From Naegleria gruberi (lineage: Eukaryota), in assembly GCA_000004985.1 (NCBI GenBank), contig GG738845.1: a DNA stretch of 64,000 nt; one strand, 5' to 3'. The first letter of the stretch is position 1; each line of letters starts with the position of its first letter. The notes under the pieces were generated by a model that saw only the letters and a program-made list of their open reading frames with translations, made no database searches and was not told the origin of the DNA. The position numbers were made by a program, and so were the translations under genes. This document shows, one piece after another, positions 20,474-32,045 of this stretch.

Positions 20474-21126
20474 TTACTCTTCATCGCTTTTTGTTTCAGA
20501 TTGTTGAACTTGTTTGTTATTCTCCCTTACTTGACTAACCTTTTTAGAAATGGAAGAAAGAAATGCATCTGCAGACACATTTCCTTTATCATTAGTTGAG
20601 GCAAAAACTCCTTGTTGGGAAACTTCAGGTAATTCCTCTCCTCTTTCAATTCTCCTCTTTTTTTCATTTTCTCCCTATTGATATGTTTTTCAACAATTTA
20701 ATGATAATAACAAATTATTTTTACAATAAATCCACAAATTGAATCCACACTTACAACATAATAAATCAATCCAACAATAAATCCAGCAACAATCATCACA
20801 TTACCCAAATTTTGTGCCAATTTAATTCTTTCTTCTTGTTTTTCCTTTCTCTTACTACCATCCAATTTAGCAGTTAAAAATTCAGATAATTCTCTTTTAA
20901 TATTATACATCTTTTCTTGTGCTTCCTTTCTATCCTTCTTTCTTTCCTCCTCGACATCATTATTCAATAATTTATTCCAAGTTGAAAATGATTTTCCAAA
21001 TTCTTTTCCTGATATTAAATAGTGTTGTCTAAAAGTATCATTGTTGCAACAATTATGTGTTTTAGTTACGATAGTTGCTCGGATTATTCTTCCTTGATTG
21101 AATGCACTTTTTGATTGTTTAATCAT
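20474..21126 (-). CDS. hypothetical small membrane protein, probably 2 exons
   Basis: Exon 1 is about 20755..21126 and ends after the TM segment 'VMIVAGFIVGLIYYV'. The intron 20675..20754 runs GTAAGT...CAATAG. Exon 2 is 20474..20674 and encodes 'GENEKKRRIERGEELPEVSQQGVF...SDEE*'. Structure is inferred from splice consensus only. Confidence 0.3.
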
Positions 21127-21183
21127 TTTTTTAGTAAAATTAATTATTTATCAATTAACACAATAATTTACATATGAACAATA

Positions 21184-22999
21184 TTGAGAATAATAAAAGA
21201 AAAAATGAATGAACAAGTATTATCGAGTACACTTTCACATTTTGAAAGTCTATTCGAAGTTCTTTTAGAAAAACAACAAGAAACTTCTGAACAATTACAA
21301 GAAATTATTTCCGAAAGAAATTCAATATGGCACGAAAAGATTATTCCCAAAATTGAACAATTGTATTATAAAAAGAGAGAATTTCATTTAAATAATGAAT
21401 TTCTCTCGTTAAAATCCAATAGGATGGATTCTCTTGTAAAGGAATTAATCGGAAGAGAGGATGAAAAACAAAACAGATTAATTGAGACTAGAAACATTGT
21501 TAAGGATAAATTTCAAGACTTGTTTAAATTGATAGGGATGGAAATGGATTATTTACATAATTTATCTAACTCTTCAAAAATTGGAGAGGATGCCAAGATC
21601 TTTCTGAAAATTCCAAAGAATTTGGATACTGAAGGGAGAATTGATTATTTATTGAATAATGTAGAGGAAAATATTAGAAACGAGTATAAGGATAAAAATC
21701 AATTGAAATATTACGAGATTGGGAAAAAGTTTGTTGAATATTTCAATCAGAGGGAAAATGAAAAAATTAGGAAAAACAACAAGATCGTCCTCAAGGAACA
21801 AAAGGACAAGCCAATGAATGAAAAATTGAACCAGCTGAGAGGGTTCATTGAAGACACATTCCATTTCAGTACAAGAAAAAAGAGTGAGTAATTTAATTGA
21901 GAATATTGATGGAATATTAATAGTTATCCAAAGTGCTAAATATGTATTATATTGCAAGATTAAATTCAATTATCATTACAATTTTCAACAAATACTGAAT
22001 CAGGAATCAACCATAACAACATTTGATGCTTGGTGTGATAAATATTCAATACTGGAACGGTTCAATAATGAAATAAGGGAAGTATATTACAAACGACAAT
22101 TATTTTCCAATAGTGAGGAGTATGATTTGAATATTCTCAAACCTAGTGTTGAAATAACTAATCATTCAACATTCAACCTCTCCAGAAAAATCTCAGAACC
22201 AAGAAATAACAATCCTATGAAAACTATTCTAGGTCTATATTTATTTTCCCTAATACTTTCAGATCCTATTCTACTAGGTCAAGACGAAACAAAAGTACAA
22301 AGCCTAAGAATATTATTTATTGAACTTGTAAATCGAACGCAATTCAAACATTTTTCTCGGTTGTTGCCTGATATGAAATTGTCAATATTAACAACTAATC
22401 TCGTAAAACTGAAAAGTGAAAAACAGAGCTATTTAAGGTACTTAATTAGCAAATATCAAACATCTCCTCAAGATGAAAAACTACTAAGATTAATGTTTAC
22501 TCTACATAATTGTGGAGTCAACAAGCTTTCTCAAACAAAAAAGAGGGAATTGGAGAAAATTGCAATGTCCATGATATTTCGAGAAGCTGCCAATTGTATT
22601 TCCATTAATGATTTCATGGTCATGTCCAAACTGTATAATATTGAAAATATCATTTCACCTTTATTAGTGGGTAAAAATTTGGAGTTTATCCCTACCGTTT
22701 CAAACCAGAAAAATCATGTCGAAGAATTGTTCCAATTATGGGACATCTTCAGTGAGTTGTTAGAAACATTTAAACAGAACCAGGTTGAAATGATTAAAAG
22801 AGCGAGAATGGAAATAACAGAGAGTATCAAATATATTTGTCAAAAATTGACATCACTTGTGATTTCATCTCAAGAGGGTTCCCTTTTACTTGTAGAAGAA
22901 ATGTTTTCACTTTTGGAATCTTCATACCATTCCCTTAAACATTTTCCTGATCTGCAAAATATGATTGAGCACACCCTTCAGTCCATAATAAAACTGTAA
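21184..22999 (+). CDS. hypothetical protein (about 590 aa), 2 exons
   Basis: Track ORFs 21184..21891 and 21848..22999 join through a 40-nt intron 21884..21923 (GTGAGTAATT...TATTAATAG), giving '...FHFSTRKKIIQSAKYVLYCKIKF...'. No recognisable domain. Confidence 0.4.
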
Positions 23000-23196
23000 T
23001 TCTATTATGATTTCACATTTATTCTTAATAATTATCAGAGTCTCACACAAGTTCTTTAGCATTTCTATAGATTACAAAGTTTAATCACTATTTATCCACA
23101 TAGTACAGATATTCTCCGAATCTGTGATCTATTATGAAAATAGCTAGTGTATTTTCTTACTCACCTCTTTCAGGATGGTAACATCATGATAAGGTG

Positions 23197-24723
23197 TTAT
23201 TGAATTTGTTGTTGGAAAGTCTCAACCTCATTAGAGACAAGTATCTTGATATCCTCAGTTTTAATATCCTCACTGAATTGATAATCAAAATTAGCTTGAC
23301 AAAAGTAAGTATTTTCAGAAGTGTTTGGATCGGTATTATATTCATCCTGATCGAACATTTCTTTCAGATAGGGATGTCTAAGAGCATCTCTAACTGTTAT
23401 TCTCTTTTCAGGATCCCATGTGAGCATTCTTTCAAGCAAATCAATTGCTAATTGATTCGTAACATGTGAAAAGATTTGACCGAAATTCTTCTTTTCATAT
23501 GTTTGCTTAAAGTGAGTCTTCATAAATTTAATTCCTTCACTGCAACCTCTAATTTCCTCATCCTTTGGAGTACCAACCAAACGTAAAATCAATTCCAATT
23601 GATCCTTAAAATCTTTGCCAGGAAACAAAATAGGTCTTCCATTTTTGTGAAGTGGTTTCACTAAGAGTTCCTATTAAAATGACTGTTATTAGAAAGAATA
23701 AAATTATACACATACAGCAAAAATACATCCAATTGACCACATATCCATAGCAGCATGCAATTTGTTCCAATACAAAATCTGATGCAACTATTTAGAAAAT
23801 ACATGTAGATCAGTACTTACAACTTCTGGACTTCTGTACCATCTTGTCACAACATATTTGGAATCTTCTGGATAATCTTGACCAATGGCTCTACTCAAAC
23901 CAAAATCACATATTTGTAAATCCAAATCTCTATTCAGCAGAATATTGCTTGGCTTTAAATCTCTGTGAATTATATTACTGCTATGCATGATATTAACTGC
24001 TTTTAAAATTTCATGAAGAAAGTATTGGATAGATTGTTCACTAAATGTCTGATTACTTGACAAGAGTTTTTCCAAATCAAAATCCATCAAATTGGTGACA
24101 ATATAAATACTTCCAGGTTGATAAGGATCAAAGAATAAATCCTTAAGTAATACAACATTATGGGCACTAAATTGTCTGAAATGTTTCAAAATTTTGATTT
24201 CTCTTAAAATTCTCTTTTGATAATTTCTATCTCTTTCATAGAGACTGGATACTTTTTTAATGGCAACTCTTTCATTATTCTTATTATCCAATGCACTCAC
24301 AACACAACCAAATCCACCAGCTCCTTTTACACCATCCATTGTATATCTCTTTGGTAATGAAAATGTGTTTCCATTTACAGAATATTGTACATATTCCGGA
24401 GAGGAAGTTTGTCTACTTGCTTGTTGACCAGTAAACATTTGATTATTATTCGGATATGATGAATTTCCTCCATTAAATAATTGTTGTTGTTGATTATAGT
24501 ATTGTTGCTGTTGTTGTTGATAGATATCATGTTGATGAGCCTGAATGAATGAAGCTTGATCGGAATATTGTTGTTGAGTATTGTAATTTGAACCATTGTA
24601 TTGCGGTTGTTGTTGTTGTTGATTTCCCATCACCATGTTCATATTGTTCAGTTGTTGGTGTTGGTAGGAATTATTGTTGTTGTGGTGTTGTGGAAGCATT
24701 TTTATTATTTTAATATTCTTCAT
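23197..24723 (-). CDS. MAP-kinase-like CMGC protein kinase with Q/N-rich N-terminus, 3 exons; activation loop S-K-Y instead of T-x-Y
   Basis: Exons (minus) 23821..24723, 23716..23787 and 23197..23670, with introns 23788..23820 (33 nt) and 23671..23715 (45 nt). Kinase motifs present: 'GAGGFGCV', 'VAIKKV', 'HRDLKPSNILL', 'DFGLSRA', '...SKYVVTRWYRSPEV|LHQILYWNKLHAAMDMWSIGCIFA|ELLVKPLHKNGRPILFPGKDFKDQLELI'. The MAPK 'TEYVATRWYRAPE' position reads 'SKYVVTRWYRSPE'. Confidence 0.7.
24440..24670. repeat. imperfect (TTG)n / (CAA)n trinucleotide tracts encoding the poly-Q/N region of the kinase N-terminus
   Basis: Runs such as 'ttgttgttgttgattatagtattgttgctgttgttgttg' lie inside the coding sequence. 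Confidence 0.6.
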
Positions 24724-24915
24724 TCAGGAAATGAATCCGTGATGAGTATTTAGGGTGATGTTGAAGGCTTATTGTTGATGTTCACACAAATCAGAATGCT
24801 CACCAAGACCCTTATTTAAAATCTTCCGAACACATGATTCAAGTTGAGAAGTTCCCTTATGAGGAAATATTTTAAGGTTAAGAAGGTGTTTTATTGACTC
24901 ACTCCGAAACTTTGG

Positions 24916-26058
24916 TTAATTAACCAATAATTCAGATCGAATAGAGGATGTAATTTCTTCCCAATTTGAAGCAAAGTGTGGAGAGGGAATGAGAGTTGTT
25001 TGAACTTGTTGAATGCTGCTAGCGGCATTTTGAGGGAGCTTTGAGAGTGGAATGCCCAATCTTTTGAAGAGGGATAGTATAGTTGTTTCCTCATTATTTC
25101 TCGGATGATAAAGTATGCCATTAGTTTCTAGAATGCATCTCAAATCATTGACAGAGTCGCCAATGTATATTGTCTTACTGGTATCTCTACTGATGAAGAG
25201 ATGATGTCTGAGGGACATGAGTTTGTCCATTGAGGTGACACATTGCTTGGAAGAAAATTTTCCAGTTGAAATTCCATTCTCGTTAAATTGTAAATCATTC
25301 GTGTAAATGTAAATGTTTGGAAATGAGCTATTCTCTACACTCCACTGAGTAGGAATGGTTGGAATTACTTCAGGGTTGGTAAGAGTTTCATTAATTCTAT
25401 CTACTGAAAATATATTCAAATGAGTATTTACATGTTTTTGAACATTTTGTTTGATAAATGATTGAATGACATCAAAAGACCAATTACTGGATATAATACA
25501 AAGCTCAATATTTTTCTTCTTTCCAAACTCATAAAGTAATTCGAATAATGACTCACATTGAGGAGCAAGCTCAGTGTGAAATTTTTTTGGCAACTCTTCG
25601 AGATCTTTCTTAGAAAGACCCTCCAATAGATTATTTTGCTCTACTGAATTTACTCCAAATAACTCTACATGATCCATTTCATTCAAGAAATCAGATATAT
25701 TTGACATGGATATATTTCCTTCATATTTTGACAGAATAGTCTCGTATTTCTTTAAAAAGTCGTTTGAAACCATTTCCCAAGCTTGATTCTTTTCTGGATT
25801 TTTTAAAAGTTGTGGAATTAATGTGCAAGTATCAGATTTAGTTATGGTAGAATCAAAATCAACAAATAATCTCAAATTGCTTCTGCTCTTCCTTCCATTA
25901 TTCATTTCGGAATATGAATTATATTTCTTGATTGCATGAAATTTTCTGCACAAATTTTGACCAACTCTGTCTAATGATAACATTTGAGAAGAAGGTCTTT
26001 GCAACAGATGATCAAAGATTATTCTTTTCATGATGAAGGAGTCAAGGTGTGGAGGCAA
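24916..26058 (-). CDS. HAD-superfamily hydrolase/phosphatase-like protein
   Basis: 'LFVDFDSTITKSDT' is the DxDxT motif I, and 'IYIGDSVNDLRCI' is motif IV (GDxxxD). 380-aa single ORF. The true start may be the internal 'MKRIIF'. Confidence 0.5.
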   Translation of the reverse strand: MPPHLDSFIMKRIIFDHLLQRPSSQMLSLDRVGQNLCRKFHAIKKYNSYSEMNNGRKSRSNLRLFVDFDSTITKSDTCTLIPQLLKNPEKNQAWEMVSNDFLKKYETILSKYEGNISMSNISDFLNEMDHVELFGVNSVEQNNLLEGLSKKDLEELPKKFHTELAPQCESLFELLYEFGKKKNIELCIISSNWSFDVIQSFIKQNVQKHVNTHLNIFSVDRINETLTNPEVIPTIPTQWSVENSSFPNIYIYTNDLQFNENGISTGKFSSKQCVTSMDKLMSLRHHLFISRDTSKTIYIGDSVNDLRCILETNGILYHPRNNEETTILSLFKRLGIPLSKLPQNAASSIQQVQTTLIPSPHFASNWEEITSSIRSELLVN

Positions 26059-26356
26059 TTTTTTGGATATGTTTTCTTCTCTAGAATTTCCGAGAATGGT
26101 CCGTAAGAAGTAAGGATTTTATTTTCCGCACTTTGGAAAATCTCCAATTATTCGTTTGAAGCTTAAATTGAACGTTCTTGTAAGAAATTGTTGAATTTTC
26201 AATAGAATTAGTAAGGAAGTGACAAGTATTCAACGTTAAACAAGGTTCGAATTAAGGTCGATTGGTTTTGGTTGACCAATTCCAACAGACAAATTATGAT
26301 CGATAAAAATTATCATTTTTGAACAGGAAAATTGTTGTGAAATAATTATTGATAAT

Positions 26357-27358
26357 TTATTTCTTACGTCTAAGATTAGCAACGAAACCTTGCTTAACAG
26401 CTTGCACAGTTCTTGAAGCTTGGCAGTTAGAACAGTGAATAGAATAGAGACGAGTTGTGGAATCACGGTTGAGTCTAGTGTCCAAACTATTACAAATCTT
26501 ACAAACAACATATTCGGTAATGTACTTTCTCAACAAGTTTTCAATATCCTTACTCTTGAATGCACCACGAATAACAAGTCTGTTGCTACCATCCAAGTTA
26601 CCAGTTGTACCCAATTCGGCGAACAAGTAGTCCAAGACGTGTTGTTCAGCACGATGTAAGTTGGCACAAATTTCAGTAAAGTTGATAAGAACAGTCTTCT
26701 TTGGACCGTCTCTGGCAACTTGTGGAGTTTTAACCTTGATTGGCTTTCTCTTACCACCACCCAATTCTGGGTTGTTCTTCTTGAGTGTATCGAAAATACG
26801 TTCTAAAAGTTCTGGGTACTTGTAGTCACGATCAGACTTGTTCCAAGCGAGTGGACCATGGTCTTCATCCTTGGCCAAAAGTGAAGCCAAATCTCTTCCA
26901 GAATTTTCCATATCACCTTCACCTTCCTTATCTTCACTCCAGTAGGATCCTCCAGTGCTTTGGGATTGTTGTTTCTTGCTGAGAATTTGAGCAACTTCGG
27001 TACTCTTCTTTGTCTTTAACAAATCAATAATTTCTGATACTTGTTCATCATCTTCAACATTAATATCAATGTCTTGAGAGTTATCAGTTGGAAGAACCTT
27101 TTCCAAAGCTTCCTTGAAAAGTTTGGCCTATTTTAAAATATTAATTTAATAAATTGATGATGATTAAAAACTTACAGCATCCTTGAGAATGACTTGCAAT
27201 TCTTCGGAGTCTACCTTATCTTCAGAGGATTTCTTCTTCTTTTCGGTTTTTTCAGTCTTTTCTGTCTTTTCAGTCTTTTCAGCTTTTTCTGATGACTTTT
27301 TTGTGGTCTTCTTCTTCTTCAAGTCGAGACCGAGGGCCTTTTCGTCTACAACGCTCAT
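26357..27358 (-). CDS. eukaryotic translation initiation factor 2 subunit beta (eIF2-beta), 2 exons
   Basis: Exon 1 is 27176..27358 and encodes 'MSVVDEKALGLDLKKKKTTKKSSEKAEKTEKTEKTEKTEKKKKSSEDKVDSEELQVILKDA' (the K-box region). The intron is about 27128..27175 (GTAAGT...AATAG). Exon 2 is 26357..27127 and encodes '...LINFTEICANLHRAEQHVLDYLFAELGTTGNLDGSNRLVIRGAFKSKDIENLLRKYITEYVVCKICNSLDTRLNRDSTTRLYSIHCSNCQASRTV' (the C2-C2 zinc ribbon). Confidence 0.85.
27240..27300. repeat. short tandem repeat (approx. TTTTCWGTC)n encoding (EKT)n in eIF2-beta exon 1
   Basis: 'ttttcagtcttttctgtcttttcagtcttttcagctttttc' is visible on the plus strand. Confidence 0.6.
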
Positions 27359-27750
27359 TTTTTTATTCAATTTTATTTTAAAATTTTAAAATGTTTTTGT
27401 TTTTTAATATTCTTACAGGTGTAAAACGAGAAATGTACCTCTATTTTTATAATTGTGTTATCATTAAATTCAATGTGAAAGTGTATCATATTTTGAGATT
27501 TTCAATATTTGTGTTTCATTTTCTTAGTGTATTTTTAATAGCTCTTGTTTTTTAAAAATTGTTTTGCACTGTAATTTGGAACAGTAATTGTGAATTGAGT
27601 CAATGGGTCTTTTCAAATCTAAAGTAAATTGTACGATTCCTATGAATGTACCAAGTTACACTTGTGGAACTTACCAAACACGCAAAATACAAACGGCTGA
27701 TATTACATTAGAAACGATTTCTGAGGTTTCGAAGAAACTAAGTAAAAAAT

Positions 27751-29124
27751 ATGTCCTTCGCCAAAGGCTGTCTTACATACATTCTGGTCTCGTTACTCAT
27801 ACTATCGCTTCTATTGAACTTTTTTCTCACTATAAAGCATTCAAGAAAGGAGACGAAACGAGCCGAATCCAAACCATCATTTATTGATAAATCGGAAAAT
27901 GAAACACTTCCACCTTCTTCACGTGAAGAAGAATTAATCGACCATTCTGATAAGCTATCATCATCATCGGCACTACTTATTAATAATACAAATAATACAA
28001 CAACCAATAGAACAACAAAGTGTCCCACTCGCTTCGGAAACTTTATGAAACCTGAAGTATTTGAACAAGAGAAGAAGAGAAAGAGGCTACCACCCAATGA
28101 ATCACCCATCGTAACACTACCAACCTTTATTCCGATGGAAGTTAAGAAGGATAAAAAGAGGTATGCCATTCTGAATGAATATTGGATACCTAAGGATGAA
28201 GAGTTTGATTTGATTGTATTAATGCCAACTATGGCTCGTAAAGATAATGGAACTGATACACTACTCACCTATTTGAATAGTACAATTTATGGATATTATC
28301 ATCAGTTGAGGGTTGAGCCAGATCCCATCATTCAGGGAAAGAAAATTCTATTCATTATTCAAGCATTTGTCAATGAGATGGAACATGAATTATTTTATGA
28401 ACTTAGGGAACAGTATAGTCATGTGAAGGAGTTTGTGTTTTTTGTTCCACCTTTCAGATTTACTGATCCATATAGAGATGTTCCAAAAGTTAACTATAGA
28501 GATCCAAATAATCCATATCCTGGAAAGATGGCTCGACAACAAACGTGTGATATTGCCTTTCTGACAGATTTCATTTTGAGAAATTTCAAATTCAAATATT
28601 TAATGTATACAGAGGATGATTTTGTTCCATGCAATAACCTTTTAAAAACCACATTCGAAACTTTAAATGATATTGAATGGTTCTATTCTGAAGAGAATGC
28701 GGATAGACAAGAGTTTGATAAGGGATTCTGTTCATTGAAATTGGCAACAGGATTGGGAGGATTAATTCTCAGCCCAGTTTCTGCTGAAATTTTTCTGAAA
28801 CACATTAAGGATAACATTCAATTAGAACCAATTGACATTCTCGTTATATTTGTACTTTATAGCAGAGAAATGACATCATCATATGATACCTGTGTGAGAA
28901 GGGGTCTCAGCTCCTATGTCTATCGTAAAAGTCAATTGGAACACATTGGAGGAATTAGTAATTGGGTCGAGAGAAATAATCATTCCAAGTTTGGTAATCG
29001 TTTATACTCTTGTGGATGGGGTTTGGAAGGAGGTGTCTTATGGGATGTTGGACATGCCAATAAGTTTAACCCAACTCACAGAAAATGTCCAAGGAATAAT
29101 CGAAAGCTAGTACCATGTGTTTAG
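27751..29124 (+). CDS. type II membrane protein, glycosyltransferase-like (signal anchor plus DxD-containing luminal domain)
   Basis: N-terminal hydrophobic anchor 'CLTYILVSLLILSLLLNFFLTI', an S/T/N-rich stem, and 'YLMYTEDDFVPC' (a DxD-like motif). Family unresolved. Confidence 0.4.
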   Translation: MSFAKGCLTYILVSLLILSLLLNFFLTIKHSRKETKRAESKPSFIDKSENETLPPSSREEELIDHSDKLSSSSALLINNTNNTTTNRTTKCPTRFGNFMKPEVFEQEKKRKRLPPNESPIVTLPTFIPMEVKKDKKRYAILNEYWIPKDEEFDLIVLMPTMARKDNGTDTLLTYLNSTIYGYYHQLRVEPDPIIQGKKILFIIQAFVNEMEHELFYELREQYSHVKEFVFFVPPFRFTDPYRDVPKVNYRDPNNPYPGKMARQQTCDIAFLTDFILRNFKFKYLMYTEDDFVPCNNLLKTTFETLNDIEWFYSEENADRQEFDKGFCSLKLATGLGGLILSPVSAEIFLKHIKDNIQLEPIDILVIFVLYSREMTSSYDTCVRRGLSSYVYRKSQLEHIGGISNWVERNNHSKFGNRLYSCGWGLEGGVLWDVGHANKFNPTHRKCPRNNRKLVPCV

Positions 29125-29258
29125 TTAGAGCTGTTCTCAAATCTTTAAGAAATCTTAATAAAACACAAACGAACAAAACACGAACATTGTACCAATTTCA
29201 ACAATATTTAATGCATTTCATTGTGAACTCATATTAGATCAAGCAAGTTGTAAAAAAA

Positions 29259-30518
29259 ATGGGTAATTCATCTTCGGGTGGAGGAGGTTCCTCTTCAACA
29301 ACCACAACCAATCCATCTGCAAGTCAAGTTGCTGATTTAAAGATACAATCAACAGAGTATGATTTTGCATCTAAATTGTTCAAGAGCTTGATTGGAGTGG
29401 CTGGACATGGTAATAATTTGATAATTTCTCCTCTATCAATTTTTGTTGCATTATCGATGGTTATGTGTGGCGCCAATGGTAAAACTCTTCTTGAGATGAG
29501 TAATGCACTTTCATATGGAGATTCTGATTTCTCTCAAGTGAAAGATAATCAATTGAAGCAGTTTATTGATGGAATTGTGGAACATTTATCTTATTCTGAG
29601 AATACATTATCATTGGCCAATAATATTTATATTTCCAATAGTATTGAATTACAAGATGCTTTTAAAAACACAATGAAGGAAATATTCAAAGCAGATTTGA
29701 AGCAGACAGATTTCACTCATTCAACTAAAGCTGCTAATGAAATTAATGAATGGGTTTCTGAAAAGACGGCTGAAAAAATTAAGGATCTCATTAATCCATC
29801 ATCCATTAATGCAAGTACGAAATTAATTTTGGTGAATGCCATAACTTTCTTTGGATCCTGGAAAAATACATTCGATATCAAACAAACAGATGAAGATGGA
29901 GAATTTTACACAGTGAATGGAGTGGTTAAGAGTGTGCCACTCATGAAAAAACGATTTGTAAAATTGCCATACGGAGAAGATGATTCTTACAAATGGGTCA
30001 CATTAGAATATTCAGAATATAATTTTGCAATGAAATTGTTTCTTCCCAAGACACCAAACACAAAAGTTTCTGATAAGGTAGAATCAAAATTTGATGAGTG
30101 GATTACTAAGAAACTATCTCAAAGATCGAATCTATCCAAATTTCCAACGAGTGAGAAAAAACTCGAATCGTTCATTCTTCCAAGATTTGAGGCTGAATAT
30201 TCATCCTCACTAAATGAAATTCTTCAAAAGGCTCCCTTTTCGATGACATCTGCATTCTCAGCAGGTGCTGATTTCAGTCAAATGGACAAGAATAATTCTG
30301 TAATGATTGATAAGGTTTTTCACAAAGCTGTCATTAAGGTTAATGAGGAAGGTACAGAGGCTGCAGCTGCCACTTATGTGAGTATGAGAGCGAAATCTAA
30401 AAAGGTAAAGAAAGAGGTTGTTTATTCATTTAAAGCTGACCAACCTTTCTTTTATATGATTACATATAAGGATCACATCTTATTCCTTGGCAAGACTAAT
30501 AATCCTAATAAAAAATAG
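29259..30518 (+). CDS. serpin (serine protease inhibitor) family protein
   Basis: 'LVNAITFFGSWKNTFD' matches the serpin 'NAIYFKG.W...F' motif. 'KVNEEGTEAAAATYV' is the hinge/reactive-centre loop, and 'DQPFFYMI' is the C-terminal serpin signature. The N-terminus 'MGNSSSGGGG' fits an N-myristoylation-like pattern (G2, S6). Confidence 0.85.
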   Translation: MGNSSSGGGGSSSTTTTNPSASQVADLKIQSTEYDFASKLFKSLIGVAGHGNNLIISPLSIFVALSMVMCGANGKTLLEMSNALSYGDSDFSQVKDNQLKQFIDGIVEHLSYSENTLSLANNIYISNSIELQDAFKNTMKEIFKADLKQTDFTHSTKAANEINEWVSEKTAEKIKDLINPSSINASTKLILVNAITFFGSWKNTFDIKQTDEDGEFYTVNGVVKSVPLMKKRFVKLPYGEDDSYKWVTLEYSEYNFAMKLFLPKTPNTKVSDKVESKFDEWITKKLSQRSNLSKFPTSEKKLESFILPRFEAEYSSSLNEILQKAPFSMTSAFSAGADFSQMDKNNSVMIDKVFHKAVIKVNEEGTEAAAATYVSMRAKSKKVKKEVVYSFKADQPFFYMITYKDHILFLGKTNNPNKK

Positions 30519-30543
30519 AAAAATATTTCAGATAAAGAGAATT

Positions 30544-31659
30544 TTAATATCTATAATCCCCTCCATGTGAATCTTGTCTCGAATGATGATGGTGATTGTC
30601 GTATGATCCTCGTTGATGATGATTATCTCTATAGTAGCTTCCACCTCTATCACGATCGCCACCAGATTTATAATAGCTTCCACCTCTCCTATCTGAATAT
30701 GAAGATGATCCACTCTGATAGCTGTTGTGTCTGTAATCTCTTTGAGTGTTAACGTTGGTTGATCCACTTTCTGATGAGGAACTGGATATATTTTCAGGTT
30801 TTTTAAAACTCTCAGGATCCTTTTCATACATTTCCAACTTATTTGTGAGATATTTGAAAGCGTCATTAAACTTTTTTTCCTCTTGTGGAGCAAGTCTAGC
30901 CACATGTTTAGCAATTGACTTTTTCGATCGGTTGACTTTAATTTCCTTATCTAGTAATTTAGCTCCTGATAACAAAATAGCCTTGTTGGCAGCTTCAATC
31001 TCTAAAAATTCAATAAATGCAAATCTACATGGATGTTTATCATCTCCAGCCAATCTTATGCAAGCAACTGGTCCACACGAACTGAAAAAATCCACAAGAT
31101 CATTATGATTAGCTCTCAAATTAATATTTCCAACATAGATCGTCCTCGCAATTTCTTTATCCTTTTCAACATCACCAGTACTATATACAAGATTATTATC
31201 TACATTTGGATCACCAATTTGTTGAATGAATGGATTTAAAGCCTTTGAAGATGATTCTTGGGATGCTCCAATCAAAATTTCAGCTGCCGTATTTCCACTC
31301 GACAATTGAAATGATGAAGATGATGAAGATTGTGCAGAATTATCATTCAATCCCGTTATTTGTAATTTAAATCCTAACATTGGTGTTCCATTTAATTTTA
31401 TAGCTTTTTGAGCAGAACTCTCCTCCATAAAAATTATTTTAAATTTTGTATCTGATGAAGAACTATTCGGAAATTATTATTACAAACATATTTTAAAAAA
31501 CATTAGAAATTAAAAATCACCACCATAAAATACATACTTTAATTGTTCCATCATTTCAATTTCTCCACAATAATTAAAAAATGTTTGTAGAGTACTTTCG
31601 GAAATGGTTGGGGCAATATTAGAGACGAGAACAGTTCTCTCTGATGTATGGCTTGACAT
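30544..31659 (-). CDS. RRM-containing RNA-binding protein with R/G/D/Y/H-rich C-terminal tail, probably 2 exons
   Basis: Exon 2 is about 30544..31422 and carries an RRM with RNP-1 'CRFAFIEF' and RNP-2 'IYVGNI', plus the tail 'SYSDRRGGSYYKSGGDRDRGGSYYRDNHH...'. A putative upstream exon at about 31537..31659 encodes 'MSSHTSERTVLVSNIAPTISESTLQTFFNYCGEIEMMEQLK' (an RNP-2-like 'VLVSNI'). It is followed by GTATGT and a roughly 115-nt intron ending ...TATGGAG. Confidence 0.55.
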
Positions 31660-32045
31660 TTTTTTTTTGTAAATTTAAAATTTTCAAAATTTGATCCTCC
31701 ACATTGTTGGCTGTATTGATTCTCCTCTTGCCACAAGAAGATGCCAAACTACCTGGAACGGGTTAAGGAACACATCATACATAAGTTGGATTGAATTAAA
31801 ATTTCATTTAAATTCTGAAATGCAACATTGTTTAAAAATAACCTTATTGTAAAAAACTGTTGAAATCTATTCTTAATTTCTCAATGCTATTATTTTTAGA
31901 TGGCTAACACCATACAAAGTAATCAGTAACATTGAAAATTACATCTATTCTAATAGAAATTTAAAATAAATACTTGCCTCCGTAACAACAACATTTTCAA
32001 AAAATCAAAAGAATTATCAAATACAAAAAAATTAATCGATTAAAA

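Noticed and set aside
24375-24596. 73-aa minus-strand ORF nested in the kinase N-terminal poly-Q region
   Set aside because: It is an alternative-frame reading of the CAA/TTG repeat (poly-N/I), an artefact of low-complexity sequence.
26236-26300. tRNA-like 'aaggttcgaattaagg' resembling a T-loop (GGTTCGAATCC)
   Set aside because: No complementary T-stem, acceptor stem or anticodon arm could be built around it. Judged a chance match.
30528-31239. Several 60-130-aa ORFs overlapping the RRM gene on both strands
   Set aside because: They are alternative-frame or antisense readings of a real gene, with no independent support.
31551-31736. 61-aa minus ORF upstream of the RRM gene
   Set aside because: Its frame overlaps the putative first RRM exon (31537..31659) out of frame. 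The exon interpretation with a GTATGT donor is more parsimonious.
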